Assembly (NCBI GenBank): GCA_030539115.1
Contig: JAUNSR010000012.1
Span: 4,309 to 68,308 of the forward strand
DNA length: 64,000 nucleotides
Origin: Bacteroidales bacterium
GTDB taxonomy: Bacteria; Bacteroidota; Bacteroidia; Bacteroidales; JAUNSR01
Reading direction: 5' to 3'
The translations under genes and the position numbers were made by a program. The notes below the pieces were generated by a model. It worked only from the letters and a program-made list of their open reading frames with translations, searched no databases and was not told the DNA's origin. This document shows positions 41,183 to 51,195 of this stretch, one piece after another (the stretch's first letter is position 1; each line of letters starts with the position of its first letter).

Positions 41183-42175
41183 ATGTATATCAGGAAAAGC
41201 ACATACAATGGCGTTGAGAGCGTGGAGTTCTCAGCAGGAGGTTATTCGTCGATAATGATCCCTTCGATGGGTGCAAATGTGGTATCTTTAAAAAATACCG
41301 ACAAAGGCATCGACATTCTCCATTCTCCCCGGAAAGAGGATATGGAAACATTTTTCAGCCGTCCGCAGATATTCGGCATTCCTGTGCTTTTCCCGCCAAA
41401 CAGAATTGCAGATGGAATATATTCTTGGAATGGGAAGACATATCACTACCCGATCACAATTCAAAATCAGAATTGCTATCATCACGGCATATTAAAATCA
41501 CTTCCCTTTACAGTTACAAGAACAGAAATCAATAAGGACAGCGTTGAGGTTGAAGCTGCATTTTTTTCAAATATGATCAATGACGGCATTTATCAAAATT
41601 TCCCTCATCTGTTTCAGTGCAGAATTAATGTGATGCTTTCTTCTGAGGGGCTTTCCCATACAATCACCTTTATCAACGATGGTGAAGATGAGATGCCTTT
41701 GGGAGTCGGTTTTCACACCCCTATAAATATCCCTTTTGAGAAGGGAAAGGGTGAATATAAGATGTGGCTCTCAGCAGGTGAGGAGTGGGAACTTAATGAA
41801 AGGACTCTCCCAACAGAAAAATTGCTCGCAATATCAGGTGAGTTTACAAAGCTGAGAGGTGATGGAATGAACCCCGTGGGCGAGGCAATAGAGAAAGGCT
41901 TTACAAATAAACCTATCTTTATGAACGGGAAAGAGTATAATGGTGCAATTTTCCAGAACACAAAGACAGGCAATGCTGTTTTTTATGAAACAGACGATTG
42001 TTTTGGTCATTGGACTGTTTGGAATAACGGCGGCGACAAAGGCTATATGTGTGCTGAGCCTCAGACTTGGGCAATCAATGCTCCCAATCTTTCTCTCGAT
42101 GCTGATATTACCGGTTTCAGAGTTTTAGAGGGTGGTGATGCATGGAGCGCAACAACAAAACTATATGTCAAATAG
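41183..42175 (+). CDS. Aldose 1-epimerase (galactose mutarotase-like) family protein
   Basis: 330 aa. Mutarotase-fold cues are FPPNRI, HHGIL, GVGFHTP and CAEPQT. The assignment was made by eye. Confidence 0.6.
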   Translation: MYIRKSTYNGVESVEFSAGGYSSIMIPSMGANVVSLKNTDKGIDILHSPRKEDMETFFSRPQIFGIPVLFPPNRIADGIYSWNGKTYHYPITIQNQNCYHHGILKSLPFTVTRTEINKDSVEVEAAFFSNMINDGIYQNFPHLFQCRINVMLSSEGLSHTITFINDGEDEMPLGVGFHTPINIPFEKGKGEYKMWLSAGEEWELNERTLPTEKLLAISGEFTKLRGDGMNPVGEAIEKGFTNKPIFMNGKEYNGAIFQNTKTGNAVFYETDDCFGHWTVWNNGGDKGYMCAEPQTWAINAPNLSLDADITGFRVLEGGDAWSATTKLYVK

Positions 42176-42209
42176 ATATTCTTTTAAATAATCACTAATA
42201 ACAATTCAA

Positions 42210-42770
42210 ATGAGAAGACCTATCCTACTTTTGTTGATTCTTTTGTCAATAACATTTGCCGCCACTGCTCAGGTTAAACTTGGAGTAAGAGGAGGAGCAA
42301 ACTTTTCAAAGTTGGACATTGAGGATAAAAATGTTTCGTCATCGACAGGATGGTTTGTCGGCCCGACTCTTGAACTTATGATTCCTGTTGTTAAGATTGG
42401 AATTGAGGGCTCTTTGCTTTATTCAAGGCTGAGCAGCGATGTTAATTCTTATGATAAGATAAATGTCGATTACCTTTCTTTGCCAATTCATTTGAAATGG
42501 AAACTGCCAATTCCTAAAATCACTCCCTTTGTGTTTACAGGTCCGGAATTTAGCGTTAGAGTCGGTGACAATATAAAAGACGCATGGAATGATTTGGTTG
42601 ATAATATAGATTTCAACGGTACCAATGTTGTTTATAATGTAGGTGCAGGAATTGAGTTTTTCAATAAAGTGCAGGTATCATTATCTTACAATGCAGGCCT
42701 TTCAAATGCCTTTAAACATTTTGATTCAAAAACAAGAAACTGGCAGTTGGGCGGAACTATATATTTTTAG
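42210..42770 (+). CDS. Small outer-membrane beta-barrel protein (OMP_b-brl_2 / porin family)
   Basis: Signal peptide ...ATAQVKLGVRGGANFSKL, alternating beta-strand pattern, and a C-terminal aromatic residue (GGTIYF). Confidence 0.8.
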   Translation: MRRPILLLLILLSITFAATAQVKLGVRGGANFSKLDIEDKNVSSSTGWFVGPTLELMIPVVKIGIEGSLLYSRLSSDVNSYDKINVDYLSLPIHLKWKLPIPKITPFVFTGPEFSVRVGDNIKDAWNDLVDNIDFNGTNVVYNVGAGIEFFNKVQVSLSYNAGLSNAFKHFDSKTRNWQLGGTIYF

Positions 42771-42932
42771 CGTAACTGAAAGAAAATTAAAATGTTAAAA
42801 GTGCTAAAGATTGGCTTTTTGTAAATAATTAATATTACATTTATAAATATAAACAATAATAAGAAAGTTGGTGTATTATGCAAATTATATTCAAAAATAT
42901 TTAATAAATTAAAGTAACTGAAAAATTAAAAC

Positions 42933-43139
42933 ATGAAAAATTTAATATTTTTGAGTATATGCATCTTACCTCTAATAGTAAGCTGTGAAGATGTATCTAA
43001 GGATTCAGAGTCTAATAATAGTTTATGGAAAACCCAAATAAATAGCATAATAGTTTCACCACCAAGTGAACTTTCTGATATTAATATTTCATTAATAGGT
43101 TATGAAGAAATAGATTGTGGGGGCTTAATTATAAATTAG
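42933..43139 (+). CDS. Hypothetical small lipoprotein (68 aa)
   Basis: Lipoprotein-type signal MKNLIFLSICILPLIVSCED. It lies in an otherwise empty intergenic stretch. No family was recognised. Confidence 0.4.
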   Translation: MKNLIFLSICILPLIVSCEDVSKDSESNNSLWKTQINSIIVSPPSELSDINISLIGYEEIDCGGLIIN

Positions 43140-43213
43140 AATTTTCTTCCATATTAGGATCTTCAGCTGGAAGTACCGGACGGCATTCATTTTAATTCTT
43201 AAATATAATAATT

Positions 43214-43426
43214 ATGAATAAAATTCTTTTAATTACAGGTTCAGCAGTGTCAATAATCAGCATTATATTGTTGTTGCTGCATTGGGCACCCGCCTCAATA
43301 TTCCTGTTGATAGGATTGTGTGTTGTGGCAGTAGGATTAATAAAAAATAAATATATTTTGGCAGCTGTAATAGCACTGTTAATACTGATTTATATATCAA
43401 TAAACATTTTTACATTTATAGTATAA
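43214..43426 (+). CDS. Hypothetical small membrane protein (70 aa, about 3 hydrophobic segments)
   Basis: Almost entirely hydrophobic (ILLITGSAVSIISIILLLL / IFLLIGLCVVAVGLI / ILAAVIALLILIYISINIF). A strong terminator follows. Confidence 0.45.
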   Translation: MNKILLITGSAVSIISIILLLLHWAPASIFLLIGLCVVAVGLIKNKYILAAVIALLILIYISINIFTFIV

Positions 43427-43491
43427 AATTGATATAAGTTTTTATAAAAATAGAGTTGGATTTTTTTTTAATATGACAACCTAAAATATTT

Positions 43492-43533
43492 CCCCTGAAA
43501 ATATTACACAAATATTTTCAGGGGCTTTTTATT
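43492..43533 (+). terminator. Intrinsic terminator after the small-protein pair
   Basis: CCCCTGAAAATATT-acaca-AATATTTTCAGGGG is a perfect 14-bp stem followed by CTTTTTATT. Confidence 0.85.
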
Positions 43534-43744
43534 GCAGCTTAGATTCATTTCTTTAAAGTTTTATTCCTTAACATATTCTTTTTAGTATTTCAACATTAAA
43601 TGATTTTATGAATATGACAATATGTTTTCATTTGAAAACTTATAAATAATGAAGTTTTTAATATATTAGCAAAACATATTGTGTTGCCACTTTTAAATTG
43701 TCTAACCTTTCTACCTTGATGTTGAAAATTTAAATTAAAACTAA

Positions 43745-45733
43745 ATGAAGAAGTCACTAACGTTTGTTTTTCTATTTCTATCCCTTTGGACAGTGTCATT
43801 TGCAGAGAGCTGTCTTCTGCCACTTCCGAAAAGCATAAAATATAACAATGGAAGTTTTAATGCAAAAAATGTAAGTATAGTTGGTGACAGTATTTCGATA
43901 GTTGAATCTTTTATAGGGGAGATTGGAGGAAAAATAAGCGAAAAGGCTTCAAACAAAATTTCAATAAAATTCGGGGATTTTGAAAAGGCAGCCGTTAATA
44001 AAACAGAGGGTTATGAAATAAAAATTTCAAGAAATAAAATTGATATCTATGCTCAAAGCCAACACGGGGTATTTAATGCAGTTCAGACATTAAGACAGCT
44101 CACAGACAATAAAGGCGGCATAAAATGTGCAGATATTGTAGATTGGCCCTCTTTTAGAGTAAGGGGATTTATGCAGGATGTAGGCAGAACTTATATATCT
44201 GTAGATGAGTTGAAAAAAGAAATAGATATATTGTCTAAATATAAAATCAATGTCTTTCATTGGCATCTTACTGAGAATCAATCTTGGCGTTTGCAAAGCA
44301 AAATATTCCCGATGCTGAATGACAGTGTCAATACTATTAGAATGCGTGGTAAATATTATACTCTTGAGGAGGCGCGTGATTTGGTAAATTATTGCAAAGA
44401 AAGACATGTTACTCTCATTCCTGAAATAGATATGCCGGGACACAGCGAGGCTTTTAAGAAAACTTTCCGTCATGACATGCAAAGCCCTGAGGGAATGAAG
44501 ATTCTAAAACTATTGGTTGAAGAGGTGTGCGACAATTTTGATGTGCCGTATATTCATATAGGCACCGATGAGGTTGAGTTTACCAATAAGGATTTTGTTC
44601 CTGAAATGGTAAGCTTTATTAGGGGAAAAGGAAAGAAAGTGATTTCCTGGAATCCGGGCTGGAATTATAAACCCGGAGAGATAGATATGACTCAGCTTTG
44701 GAGCTATAGAGGAAAGGCGCAAAAGGGTATACCGGCGATAGATTCACGTTTGCACTATTTGAACCATTATGATTTGTTTGGTGATGTGTTTTCTCTTTTT
44801 AACAGTAAGATATATAATGTCGATGAGGGCTCTGACGACATAGCGGGCTGCATTGTGGCTCTTTGGCATGACAGATATATTCCCGATGAGCAAAAAATAC
44901 TGCTTGAAAACAACTTTTATCCATCTGCTCTTGCTCTTGCCGACAGAGCTTGGAGAGGCGGCGGAAACGAATATTTTGACAAACAGGGGGTAAACATTCC
45001 TTTTGAGAAGAATGCGGTTTATGATGAGTTTGAAAACTTTGAAAGCCGTCTTCTATATCATAAGAATAAATTCTTTAAGGGATTGCCTTTTATATATTTT
45101 AAGCAAACCAATAAGACATGGAACATAACGGATGCGTTCCCAAATGACGGCGATCTGAAGAAAAGCTTTGAACCGGAAATTGAGATAAAGGATTCTTATA
45201 CCTGTAATGGCAGGATTTATAATGTTAATCAGGCAAGAGGTGCGGGCTTTTATCTGCGTCATGTTTGGGGCAGCCTTATACCTGCTTTTTATAAAGACCC
45301 AAAACCAAACCATACAGCCTATGCATATACCTATGTTTATTCTGACAAAAAAGTGAAAGCAGGGGTTTGGATAGAGACTCAGAATTACAGCCGTTCTGAA
45401 ATGGATCTTGCTCCTGAAAATGGTAAATGGGATTATAAGAAGAGCCGGGTTTGGATTAACAATAATGAAGTTGAGGCTCCCAAATGGAGCTCAACTCACA
45501 GAGTTAAGAGCAATGAGACTCCTCTTGAAAATGAAAACTTTGTGTCCCGTGAACCCATTGAGGTGACTCTTGAAAAGGGCTGGAACAAGGTCCTTTTAAA
45601 ACTGCCTGTGGGCAATTTCTCAAGCAATGAGATAAGACTTCAAAAATGGATGTTTTCTCTTAACTTTGTGGATATAAATACTCATGAAGAGATTGCCGGT
45701 CTTGTATATTCGCATAACAAGTCAAAATATTAA
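43745..45733 (+). CDS. Beta-N-acetylhexosaminidase (GH20)
   Basis: Signal peptide, then the GH20 core RGFMQDVGRTYISVDELKKEIDILSKYKINVFHWHLTENQSWR, IPEIDMPGHS and HIGTDEV. Confidence 0.9.
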   Translation: MKKSLTFVFLFLSLWTVSFAESCLLPLPKSIKYNNGSFNAKNVSIVGDSISIVESFIGEIGGKISEKASNKISIKFGDFEKAAVNKTEGYEIKISRNKIDIYAQSQHGVFNAVQTLRQLTDNKGGIKCADIVDWPSFRVRGFMQDVGRTYISVDELKKEIDILSKYKINVFHWHLTENQSWRLQSKIFPMLNDSVNTIRMRGKYYTLEEARDLVNYCKERHVTLIPEIDMPGHSEAFKKTFRHDMQSPEGMKILKLLVEEVCDNFDVPYIHIGTDEVEFTNKDFVPEMVSFIRGKGKKVISWNPGWNYKPGEIDMTQLWSYRGKAQKGIPAIDSRLHYLNHYDLFGDVFSLFNSKIYNVDEGSDDIAGCIVALWHDRYIPDEQKILLENNFYPSALALADRAWRGGGNEYFDKQGVNIPFEKNAVYDEFENFESRLLYHKNKFFKGLPFIYFKQTNKTWNITDAFPNDGDLKKSFEPEIEIKDSYTCNGRIYNVNQARGAGFYLRHVWGSLIPAFYKDPKPNHTAYAYTYVYSDKKVKAGVWIETQNYSRSEMDLAPENGKWDYKKSRVWINNNEVEAPKWSSTHRVKSNETPLENENFVSREPIEVTLEKGWNKVLLKLPVGNFSSNEIRLQKWMFSLNFVDINTHEEIAGLVYSHNKSKY

Positions 45734-45747
45734 TAATTCAACGTATT

Positions 45748-46974
45748 ATGAAGATAGTAAAGATTTTAGTTATTGCACTGTTAGTTATCTTATTGGGGTA
45801 TTTAATTTTCAATAAAAAGACAACAAAACATTCTTCATTCTCTGTCAGAACGATTCCAACTGTGGAAAATGATTCTTTAGGGTTTTCAAAAGGGGTGTCG
45901 GGAGCATTTGCCGGCATAAGCAATGATATGCTTATTTTTGCGGGGGGCTGCAATTTCCCTGATATTCCTGTCTCGGAGGGTGGGAGTAAAGTCTATTATT
46001 CTTCTGTTTATGGGCTGGAAGCTCCTTATGAAAATTCATCAGAATGGAAAAAACTTGGCGATTTGCCCTTTCCGTTGGGATATGGAGTGAGCGTAAATCA
46101 TAATAATACACTTTATATTATAGGCGGCGTAAACAGCGATTCTTCAAAAGCGGATGCTTTTAAAGTTACATATTCAGATGGAGAACTTAATATAGAACCG
46201 TTTGAGTCGCTGCCGGTAAGAATGGATAATATGGCAGGCTGTGTGGTTAAAGATAAAATATATGTAATGGGAGGCAATGTTGATGGCGAACCCTCAAACA
46301 GAGTCTTTTCTTTTGATTTAAACCACGACCAAAGTCATTGGAAAGAGATTGAGCCATTTCCGGGTGATGCAAGAGTTCAGCCTTTGTGTGTTGGAGGGAA
46401 AAACAAATTTATTCTTCTTGGCGGCTTTTTCCCGGGAAATATAGATTTGCATAAACATCCTTCGTTATTTCCTACTCCTTTAGTTTTTAATTGCAATAAA
46501 AATAGATGGGATAAGGCTAAAGTTCCTGCCTTTAATGATCAATTTTCAGTTGACATTTATGGTGAGGAGGTAACTAATCCTTTTGCATTTGTAGGAGCTT
46601 TTGGCGCCACTTTCGAGGGAAACCGGGCTGTCTGTATGGGTGGTGTAAATGATAAGGTGTTTCTTAATGCCTTGGAAAGAGAATATGTCCTTAAAGATGC
46701 CGGCATAGACTCTCTGAATTTTAAAAGACTTAATGAAGAAAAACAGGAGTATCTAAAGCAGGATGAAGATTATTACAACTTCAATAGGTTTTTAATAACT
46801 TATGACTTTGATAAAGATGAATGGAATTTAACAACCTCTTCGCCTGATTTAAAAAGGGCGGGAGCTTCTCTTGTAAAAGTCGACGACAATGGGTTTATTT
46901 TGTTAAATGGAGAGTTAAAACCGGGAGTCAGATCAAACATCAATGTTCGTTTAGATTTGTTTGCTGATTTTTAA
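45748..46974 (+). CDS. Kelch-repeat, cyclically-permuted mutarotase (NanM-like) family protein
   Basis: N-terminal hydrophobic anchor. The motif GVSGAFAGISNDMLIFAGGCNFPD and repeated GG..(Y/F) Kelch blades (LYIIGG, IYVMGG, FILLGG, AVCMGG) are present. It starts 14 nt after the GH20 stop. Confidence 0.65.
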   Translation: MKIVKILVIALLVILLGYLIFNKKTTKHSSFSVRTIPTVENDSLGFSKGVSGAFAGISNDMLIFAGGCNFPDIPVSEGGSKVYYSSVYGLEAPYENSSEWKKLGDLPFPLGYGVSVNHNNTLYIIGGVNSDSSKADAFKVTYSDGELNIEPFESLPVRMDNMAGCVVKDKIYVMGGNVDGEPSNRVFSFDLNHDQSHWKEIEPFPGDARVQPLCVGGKNKFILLGGFFPGNIDLHKHPSLFPTPLVFNCNKNRWDKAKVPAFNDQFSVDIYGEEVTNPFAFVGAFGATFEGNRAVCMGGVNDKVFLNALEREYVLKDAGIDSLNFKRLNEEKQEYLKQDEDYYNFNRFLITYDFDKDEWNLTTSSPDLKRAGASLVKVDDNGFILLNGELKPGVRSNINVRLDLFADF

Positions 46975-46996
46975 TTTTAAACTGTAAATATAGAAT

Positions 46997-49459
46997 ATGA
47001 ATTTTGCCGATATAATATTACCTCTTCCTTTAAAAGGCTATTTTACATACATAATACCTCAGGATATGATTGACAGTGTGCATTGTGGGTCGAGAGTTAT
47101 TGTGCCTTTTGGTAAGAAGAAGTTTTATACCGGAATTGTTGTCTTCCTTCACGGAATTAAGCCGACTCTTTATGAAACTAAAGAGATATTTGCCATACTT
47201 GACCCGCACCCAATTTTAAGACATCCGCAATTAAAGTTTTGGGAATGGATATCCTCTTATTATATGTGCAGTGTGGGCGAAGTATATAAAGCTGCAATTC
47301 CAACGGGAATGAAGCTTGAGAGCGAAACAATCATTACAAAGAATGAGGAGTTTGTAGAGGATGAAGATGACAGACTGAAAGATAGAGAGCTGAAAGTATT
47401 GCATGCTTTTGGTGACAATGAGAAACTCAGCGTTCAGGAGATAGAAAAGCTCACCGGGCTGAAAAATGTTTTGGTGGTTGTTAAGAGCCTTCTTGACAAG
47501 CAGGCTGTGATGATTTCGGAACAGATAAAAGGTGGATATAAACCTAAAGTCGAGATTTGTGTAAGACTTTTGTCTGCAAGGGATGATCAGGATAAGCTAA
47601 GAAATATGTTTGATGAACTTTCACGTTCAAAAAAACAGCTTTCATTGCTTATGTCGTATCTTGAGCTTTCAAACTTTATGCAAAAGACAGAGATAAAGGA
47701 GGTAAACAAGAAAAATTTGCTCGAAAAGAGCGGCGTCTCTCCCGGGGTGCTTAAGGCGCTTGTGGATAAAGGTGTGATGGAATTCTACAATAAGGAGATT
47801 TCAAGAATAGAAAAGAGTTATAAAGCTGTTTCTCCAATTTATCCTCTCAGTGAGAACCAAAACAGGGCAATGAATGAGATTGTAAATCTTTATTCATCGA
47901 AAGATGTTGTTTTGCTTCATGGAGTAACGGGAAGCGGAAAGACGGAGATTTACATTCATCTAATTGAAAAGGTTTTAAAGCAGGGACGTCAGGTGTTGTT
48001 TATGGTGCCTGAAATAGCTCTTACCACTCAGCTTACCGAAAGGCTTGAAAGAGTTTTTGGGGATGCCATTGCAATCTATCATTCAAAGTTTTCAGATAAC
48101 GAAAGAGTTGAGGTCTGGAATAAACTGCTCAATGAACAGAAGATAAAGATAGTGCTGGGCGTGCGCTCATCGGTCTTTCTTCCATTTAAGGATCTTGGAT
48201 TGGTGATTGTTGATGAGGAACATGAAGCAACCTACAAACAGCAGGACCCTGCGCCAAGATATAATGGCAGGAATGCGGCAATAGTTTTGGCTTCACTCCA
48301 TGGCGCAAAAGTTTTGCTTGGAACAGCTACCCCTTGCATTGAGACATATTTTAATGCAAAAAATGATAAATATGGTCTTGTAGAGCTTAAAGAGAGACAC
48401 GAAGATATAGAGATGCCGTTGATTAGAGCTGTCGATATAAAGGAGCTTGCAAAAAAGAAACAGATGATATCACATTTCTCACCATTGCTTATTGAGAGAA
48501 TCAATACTGCTTTAATTAATGGAGAGCAGGCAATACTTTTTCAAAACAGAAGAGGATTTGCTCCAATGGTGGAGTGTTCTCTTTGTGCCTGGGTGCCTAA
48601 ATGTCAAAGCTGTGATGTAAGCCTTACTTATCATAAGTCAAAAAATCAACTAACCTGTCATTATTGTGGTTATACTGTAGAATTGCCTCCTTCGTGTCCG
48701 GCATGTGGGCATAAGTCTATTATTGCCAAAGGATTCGGCACTGAGAAAATAGAGGAGGAGATAGAAAATGTTTTTCCAAAGGCTTCTGTACTCAGAATGG
48801 ATTTCGATACCACACGCTCAAAAGTTGGTTATGAAAAGATAATCTCAAACTTTGAGCAGCAAAAGAGCAATATTTTAGTTGGCACTCAGATGGTTTCTAA
48901 AGGTCTTGATTTTGGCAATGTGAGTGTAGTCGGCATTTTAAATGCCGGCACGATGATGAATTATCCTGATTTCAGAGCTCATGAGAGGGCTTTTCAGATG
49001 ATGACTCAGGTTGCGGGAAGGGCAGGGAGAAAGAAAAAAAGGGGAGAGGTGATCCTTCAAACCAATGAACCTAACCATAGGCTTACTCTTCAGGTAATAA
49101 ATAATGACTTTGAAGGTATGTATGAAGATCAAATAAAGGAGAGAAAAATGTTTCATTATCCTCCCTTTTACAGGCTGATTTATATTTATCTAAAACATAG
49201 GGAGTATCCGGTGGTTGAGAGGGCTTCTCAAAAATATACTGAAAGGATTAGAGAATTTTTTGGAAATAGAGTGCTTGGACCCGATAATCCCCCAGTTGGA
49301 AGAATACAATCAATGTTTATCCGCAAAATTGTAGTTAAAATTGAAATGGAGGCATCGGTTGGCAAAGCAAAAGAGATTCTTAATAAAGTTAAGGATGATA
49401 TGATGAGTGACAGTGATTTTAAATCTTCGACATTTTATTATGATGTCGATCCTATTTAA
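46997..49459 (+). CDS. priA: Primosomal protein N' (replication restart helicase PriA)
   Basis: 820 aa with Walker A GVTGSGKTE, DEEHE, and the Cys-rich zinc insertion (CSLCAWVPKCQSCDVSLTYH...CHYCGY...CPACG). Confidence 0.93.
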   Translation: MNFADIILPLPLKGYFTYIIPQDMIDSVHCGSRVIVPFGKKKFYTGIVVFLHGIKPTLYETKEIFAILDPHPILRHPQLKFWEWISSYYMCSVGEVYKAAIPTGMKLESETIITKNEEFVEDEDDRLKDRELKVLHAFGDNEKLSVQEIEKLTGLKNVLVVVKSLLDKQAVMISEQIKGGYKPKVEICVRLLSARDDQDKLRNMFDELSRSKKQLSLLMSYLELSNFMQKTEIKEVNKKNLLEKSGVSPGVLKALVDKGVMEFYNKEISRIEKSYKAVSPIYPLSENQNRAMNEIVNLYSSKDVVLLHGVTGSGKTEIYIHLIEKVLKQGRQVLFMVPEIALTTQLTERLERVFGDAIAIYHSKFSDNERVEVWNKLLNEQKIKIVLGVRSSVFLPFKDLGLVIVDEEHEATYKQQDPAPRYNGRNAAIVLASLHGAKVLLGTATPCIETYFNAKNDKYGLVELKERHEDIEMPLIRAVDIKELAKKKQMISHFSPLLIERINTALINGEQAILFQNRRGFAPMVECSLCAWVPKCQSCDVSLTYHKSKNQLTCHYCGYTVELPPSCPACGHKSIIAKGFGTEKIEEEIENVFPKASVLRMDFDTTRSKVGYEKIISNFEQQKSNILVGTQMVSKGLDFGNVSVVGILNAGTMMNYPDFRAHERAFQMMTQVAGRAGRKKKRGEVILQTNEPNHRLTLQVINNDFEGMYEDQIKERKMFHYPPFYRLIYIYLKHREYPVVERASQKYTERIREFFGNRVLGPDNPPVGRIQSMFIRKIVVKIEMEASVGKAKEILNKVKDDMMSDSDFKSSTFYYDVDPI

Positions 49460-49486
49460 AATTGTGCCAAATTAAAAGTTTTATTT

Positions 49487-50002
49487 ATGGAAGTTAATAA
49501 AGGAGATAGAAAATATAAGATTCTTTTTGTTTGTCTTGGCAATATCTGCCGTTCTCCATCGGCAAATGGAATAATGGAGCATTTGGTTGAAGCAAAAAAT
49601 CTTTCAAATTTTTATGAGGTGGATTCGGCAGGAACTTATGCCGGTCACAAGGGCGATTTGCCTGATAAGAGAATGAGGGCTCATGCCATAAGGAGGGGGT
49701 ATGACCTTACTCATAGGGCAAGACCTGTCTGTATTGAAGATTTTGAGAGATTTGACCTTATTATTGCTATGGATGATAGAAATTACTATGATTTATATGA
49801 ACTTGCCCCGGATTTAGAGTCAAGAAGAAAGATACATCGCATGGTTGAATATTCCATAAATCCTACTTACGATTATGTGCCTGATCCCTATTACAGCGGA
49901 GCTGACGGTTTTGAACTTGTGTTGGATCTTTTGGAAGATGCTTGCAGAGGGTTGATTGATAGTCTTGAGAAAAAGAGGATAAATGGAGTTCTTTTTGACT
50001 GA
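49487..50002 (+). CDS. Low-molecular-weight protein-tyrosine phosphatase
   Basis: P-loop motif VCLGNICRSP (CX5R) and a downstream DPYY motif. 171 aa. Confidence 0.9.
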   Translation: MEVNKGDRKYKILFVCLGNICRSPSANGIMEHLVEAKNLSNFYEVDSAGTYAGHKGDLPDKRMRAHAIRRGYDLTHRARPVCIEDFERFDLIIAMDDRNYYDLYELAPDLESRRKIHRMVEYSINPTYDYVPDPYYSGADGFELVLDLLEDACRGLIDSLEKKRINGVLFD

Positions 50003-50031
50003 GAAAAATTTTACATGAAGGTCTAAAAAAT

Positions 50032-50063
50032 AAAGCGGTTTTATATCATTATAAAGCCGCTTT
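50032..50063. terminator. Bidirectional hairpin between the convergent PTP and AraC genes
   Basis: AAAGCGGTTTTATA-tcat-TATAAAGCCGCTTT forms a 14-bp stem with one mismatch and A/T-rich flanks on both sides. Confidence 0.65.
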
Positions 50064-50110
50064 ATTTATAGGTGTATATCCTTATTATATATATGTGTAT
50101 TTTGATATTC

Positions 50111-51007
50111 TTAGCTAAAAAGTCTGGTGCGCCTGTAAAGACTGGCAGACATACCTTCCTGTTTTTTGAAAAATGTTGAAAACTGACTGATGCTTTCAAA
50201 CCCAAGTTGAAATGCAATGTCAGAAACAGTAAGATGAGGTGTGATAAGAAGCTCCTTTGCACGACTGTGTTTTAACTGAAGCTGATATTGACCGGGAGAC
50301 ATGCCTACATATTCCTTGAAACAACGTCTGAACCAGGTATATCCAATTCCTATTTGGTTTGCAATATCTTCGGGAGAGAGATTTTCGCTTAAATGCTCCC
50401 TCATAATTGAGCGTGCTTTGTTTATCTTTTCAACAAGAGGGTTGTCGGCAAATTCGGCATTCTTGTTTTTATAGTAAATAAGACCGAGCATGTGAAGGAT
50501 GATACCGCTTATTAAATTCTTGTAGCCGGCTTTTTCTTTTTCGGCAAGACGAATGACCTCCATATAGCTGTCAATAAGTGAATCATGAATGCCAAAATTT
50601 AGAACAGGGTTCTCTTTCGAGAAATATCCCGAGTTCACAATCTTATCCATTTGATCCCCTTTAAAGCCAATCCAGTATTCTTTCCAACCGACTTCGGGGT
50701 CCGGATTATAGCTGTGCCATTCACCGGGAAAAAGAACTAAAAGTGTACCGGCTTTCACTTCAACCTCTTTTTTTGATGATGAAACGAAACGCCCCTTTCC
50801 TTCAACTATATAAACTAATTGATACTCATTGAGAATCCTCCCTTTTTCTTTCCGGAAGTTATAAGCAAGAGGATGTGGCAGTAAAGGATACCTACTCATT
50901 TTACTCACATTCTGAAATCCGGAAGTAGTATAAATAAATCCCCAACTCTGAATCAAGTCATTTACCGGAAGATATTTCTGTGATGCATTTGTTTGTGTGT
51001 CTTTCAT
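50111..51007 (-). CDS. AraC family transcriptional regulator (probable rhamnose regulator, RhaR-like)
   Basis: N-terminal cupin-like sugar-binding domain and a C-terminal double HTH (LSPEDIANQIGIGYTWFRRCFKEYVGMSPGQY ... VSDIAFQLGFESISQFSTFFKK). It is divergent from rhaB-rhaA-rhaT. Confidence 0.85.
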   Translation of the reverse strand: MKDTQTNASQKYLPVNDLIQSWGFIYTTSGFQNVSKMSRYPLLPHPLAYNFRKEKGRILNEYQLVYIVEGKGRFVSSSKKEVEVKAGTLLVLFPGEWHSYNPDPEVGWKEYWIGFKGDQMDKIVNSGYFSKENPVLNFGIHDSLIDSYMEVIRLAEKEKAGYKNLISGIILHMLGLIYYKNKNAEFADNPLVEKINKARSIMREHLSENLSPEDIANQIGIGYTWFRRCFKEYVGMSPGQYQLQLKHSRAKELLITPHLTVSDIAFQLGFESISQFSTFFKKQEGMSASLYRRTRLFS

Positions 51008-51066
51008 CTGTCATAAATGTAAATATATCTATCAAGAATTAAAACAAATATAATAATATTGATTTA

Positions 51067-51074
51067 TATTTTTG
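51067..51074 (+). promoter_or_regulatory. -7 box TATTTTTG (candidate rhaB operon promoter)
   Basis: Perfect TAnnTTTG about 120 nt upstream of the rhaB ATG, in the divergent regulator-operon spacer. Confidence 0.4.
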
Positions 51075-51195
51075 TATATCGATAAAAAAATATGAACGAA
51101 ACGTCAATAGTTGGCATTGAAAAAAGGTACCTTAGCGTAACCTGTATTCGGATGAACCGATTTTAATACTAATGATAAAACAAAAACATATTTGA

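Noticed and set aside
50062-50262. 66-aa ORF overlapping the 3' end of the AraC regulator, along with similar edge ORFs at 43596-43956, 45738-45953, 60246-60446 and 34591-34824
   Set aside because: They overlap the ends of well-supported genes or terminators in other frames and have no features of real proteins.
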